Source of the DNA: Octopus sinensis
Taxonomy: Eukaryota
Length of the DNA: 64,000 nt
Assembly (NCBI RefSeq): GCF_006345805.1
Contig: NC_043005.1
Location: forward strand, 98,084,001-98,148,000
Reading direction: 5' to 3'
Below, in pieces: positions 63,744 to 64,000 of the stretch; positions within the stretch are counted from its first letter, which is position 1; the number at the start of each line of letters is the position of its first letter. Made by a program: the position numbers and the translations under genes. The notes below the pieces were generated by a model that saw nothing but the letters and a program-made list of their open reading frames with translations, was not told the DNA's origin and made no database searches.

Positions 63744-63967
63744 CCCCTTAGCATTCAGATTACTCTGCCAAATATAATAGTTATTTATTCCCATTTTATA
63801 AAATTAATCCTGTATTATCTCTTAGCGTTGAGCTTTCAAAGATGTGGTTGTTTATATCTAGAATGACACTGTGGGGTAGGAGTGAGAGCCTGGATCTGGC
63901 CAGTTTGAATATAAAACAGGCAGAATATTTGGGCTGGTCATGGATGGCTAGTTTAAATGCTAAACGG
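63744..63967. mobile_element. piggyBac-type MITE
   Basis: TTAA|CCCTTAGCATTCAGATTACTC ... AATGCTAAACGG-tttaa. Confidence 0.72.
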
Positions 63968-64000
63968 TTTAACTGGTTTTCCTCAAATAAATACTGTATT

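Overview
AT-rich, repeat-saturated eukaryotic DNA, most likely from an octopus or other coleoid cephalopod (inferred from tRNA-derived SINE types, RTE tails and extreme microsatellite density; not verified). I found no credible host protein-coding exon, rRNA, tRNA gene or CRISPR, and most ORFs in the track are microsatellite artefacts. The window is a transposon graveyard: a 5'-truncated Penelope-like element (RT + GIY-YIG) with inverted pLTRs, three large RTE LINE copies carrying a PHD-like Cys/His insertion, a near full-length Tx1/L1 LINE plus two 3' fragments stacked in a (TATC)n tract, a 1.6-kb Tc1, mariner/maT, Helitron, CR1 and Gypsy-gag remnants, several MITEs and many SINEs. The main hidden signal is a set of type I hammerhead ribozyme (HHR) motifs, found by hand-folding, concentrated at 5.9-15.8 kb. 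Three have canonical cores (5956-6063, 6367-6458, 13223-13317). One is a G3-C8 compensatory core variant inside a 206-bp mobile unit (8691-8741). A variant pair sits in the Penelope pLTRs, and two fold-back palindromes appear to be centred on HHR stem II. No ribozyme activity is demonstrated; all structures are predicted.
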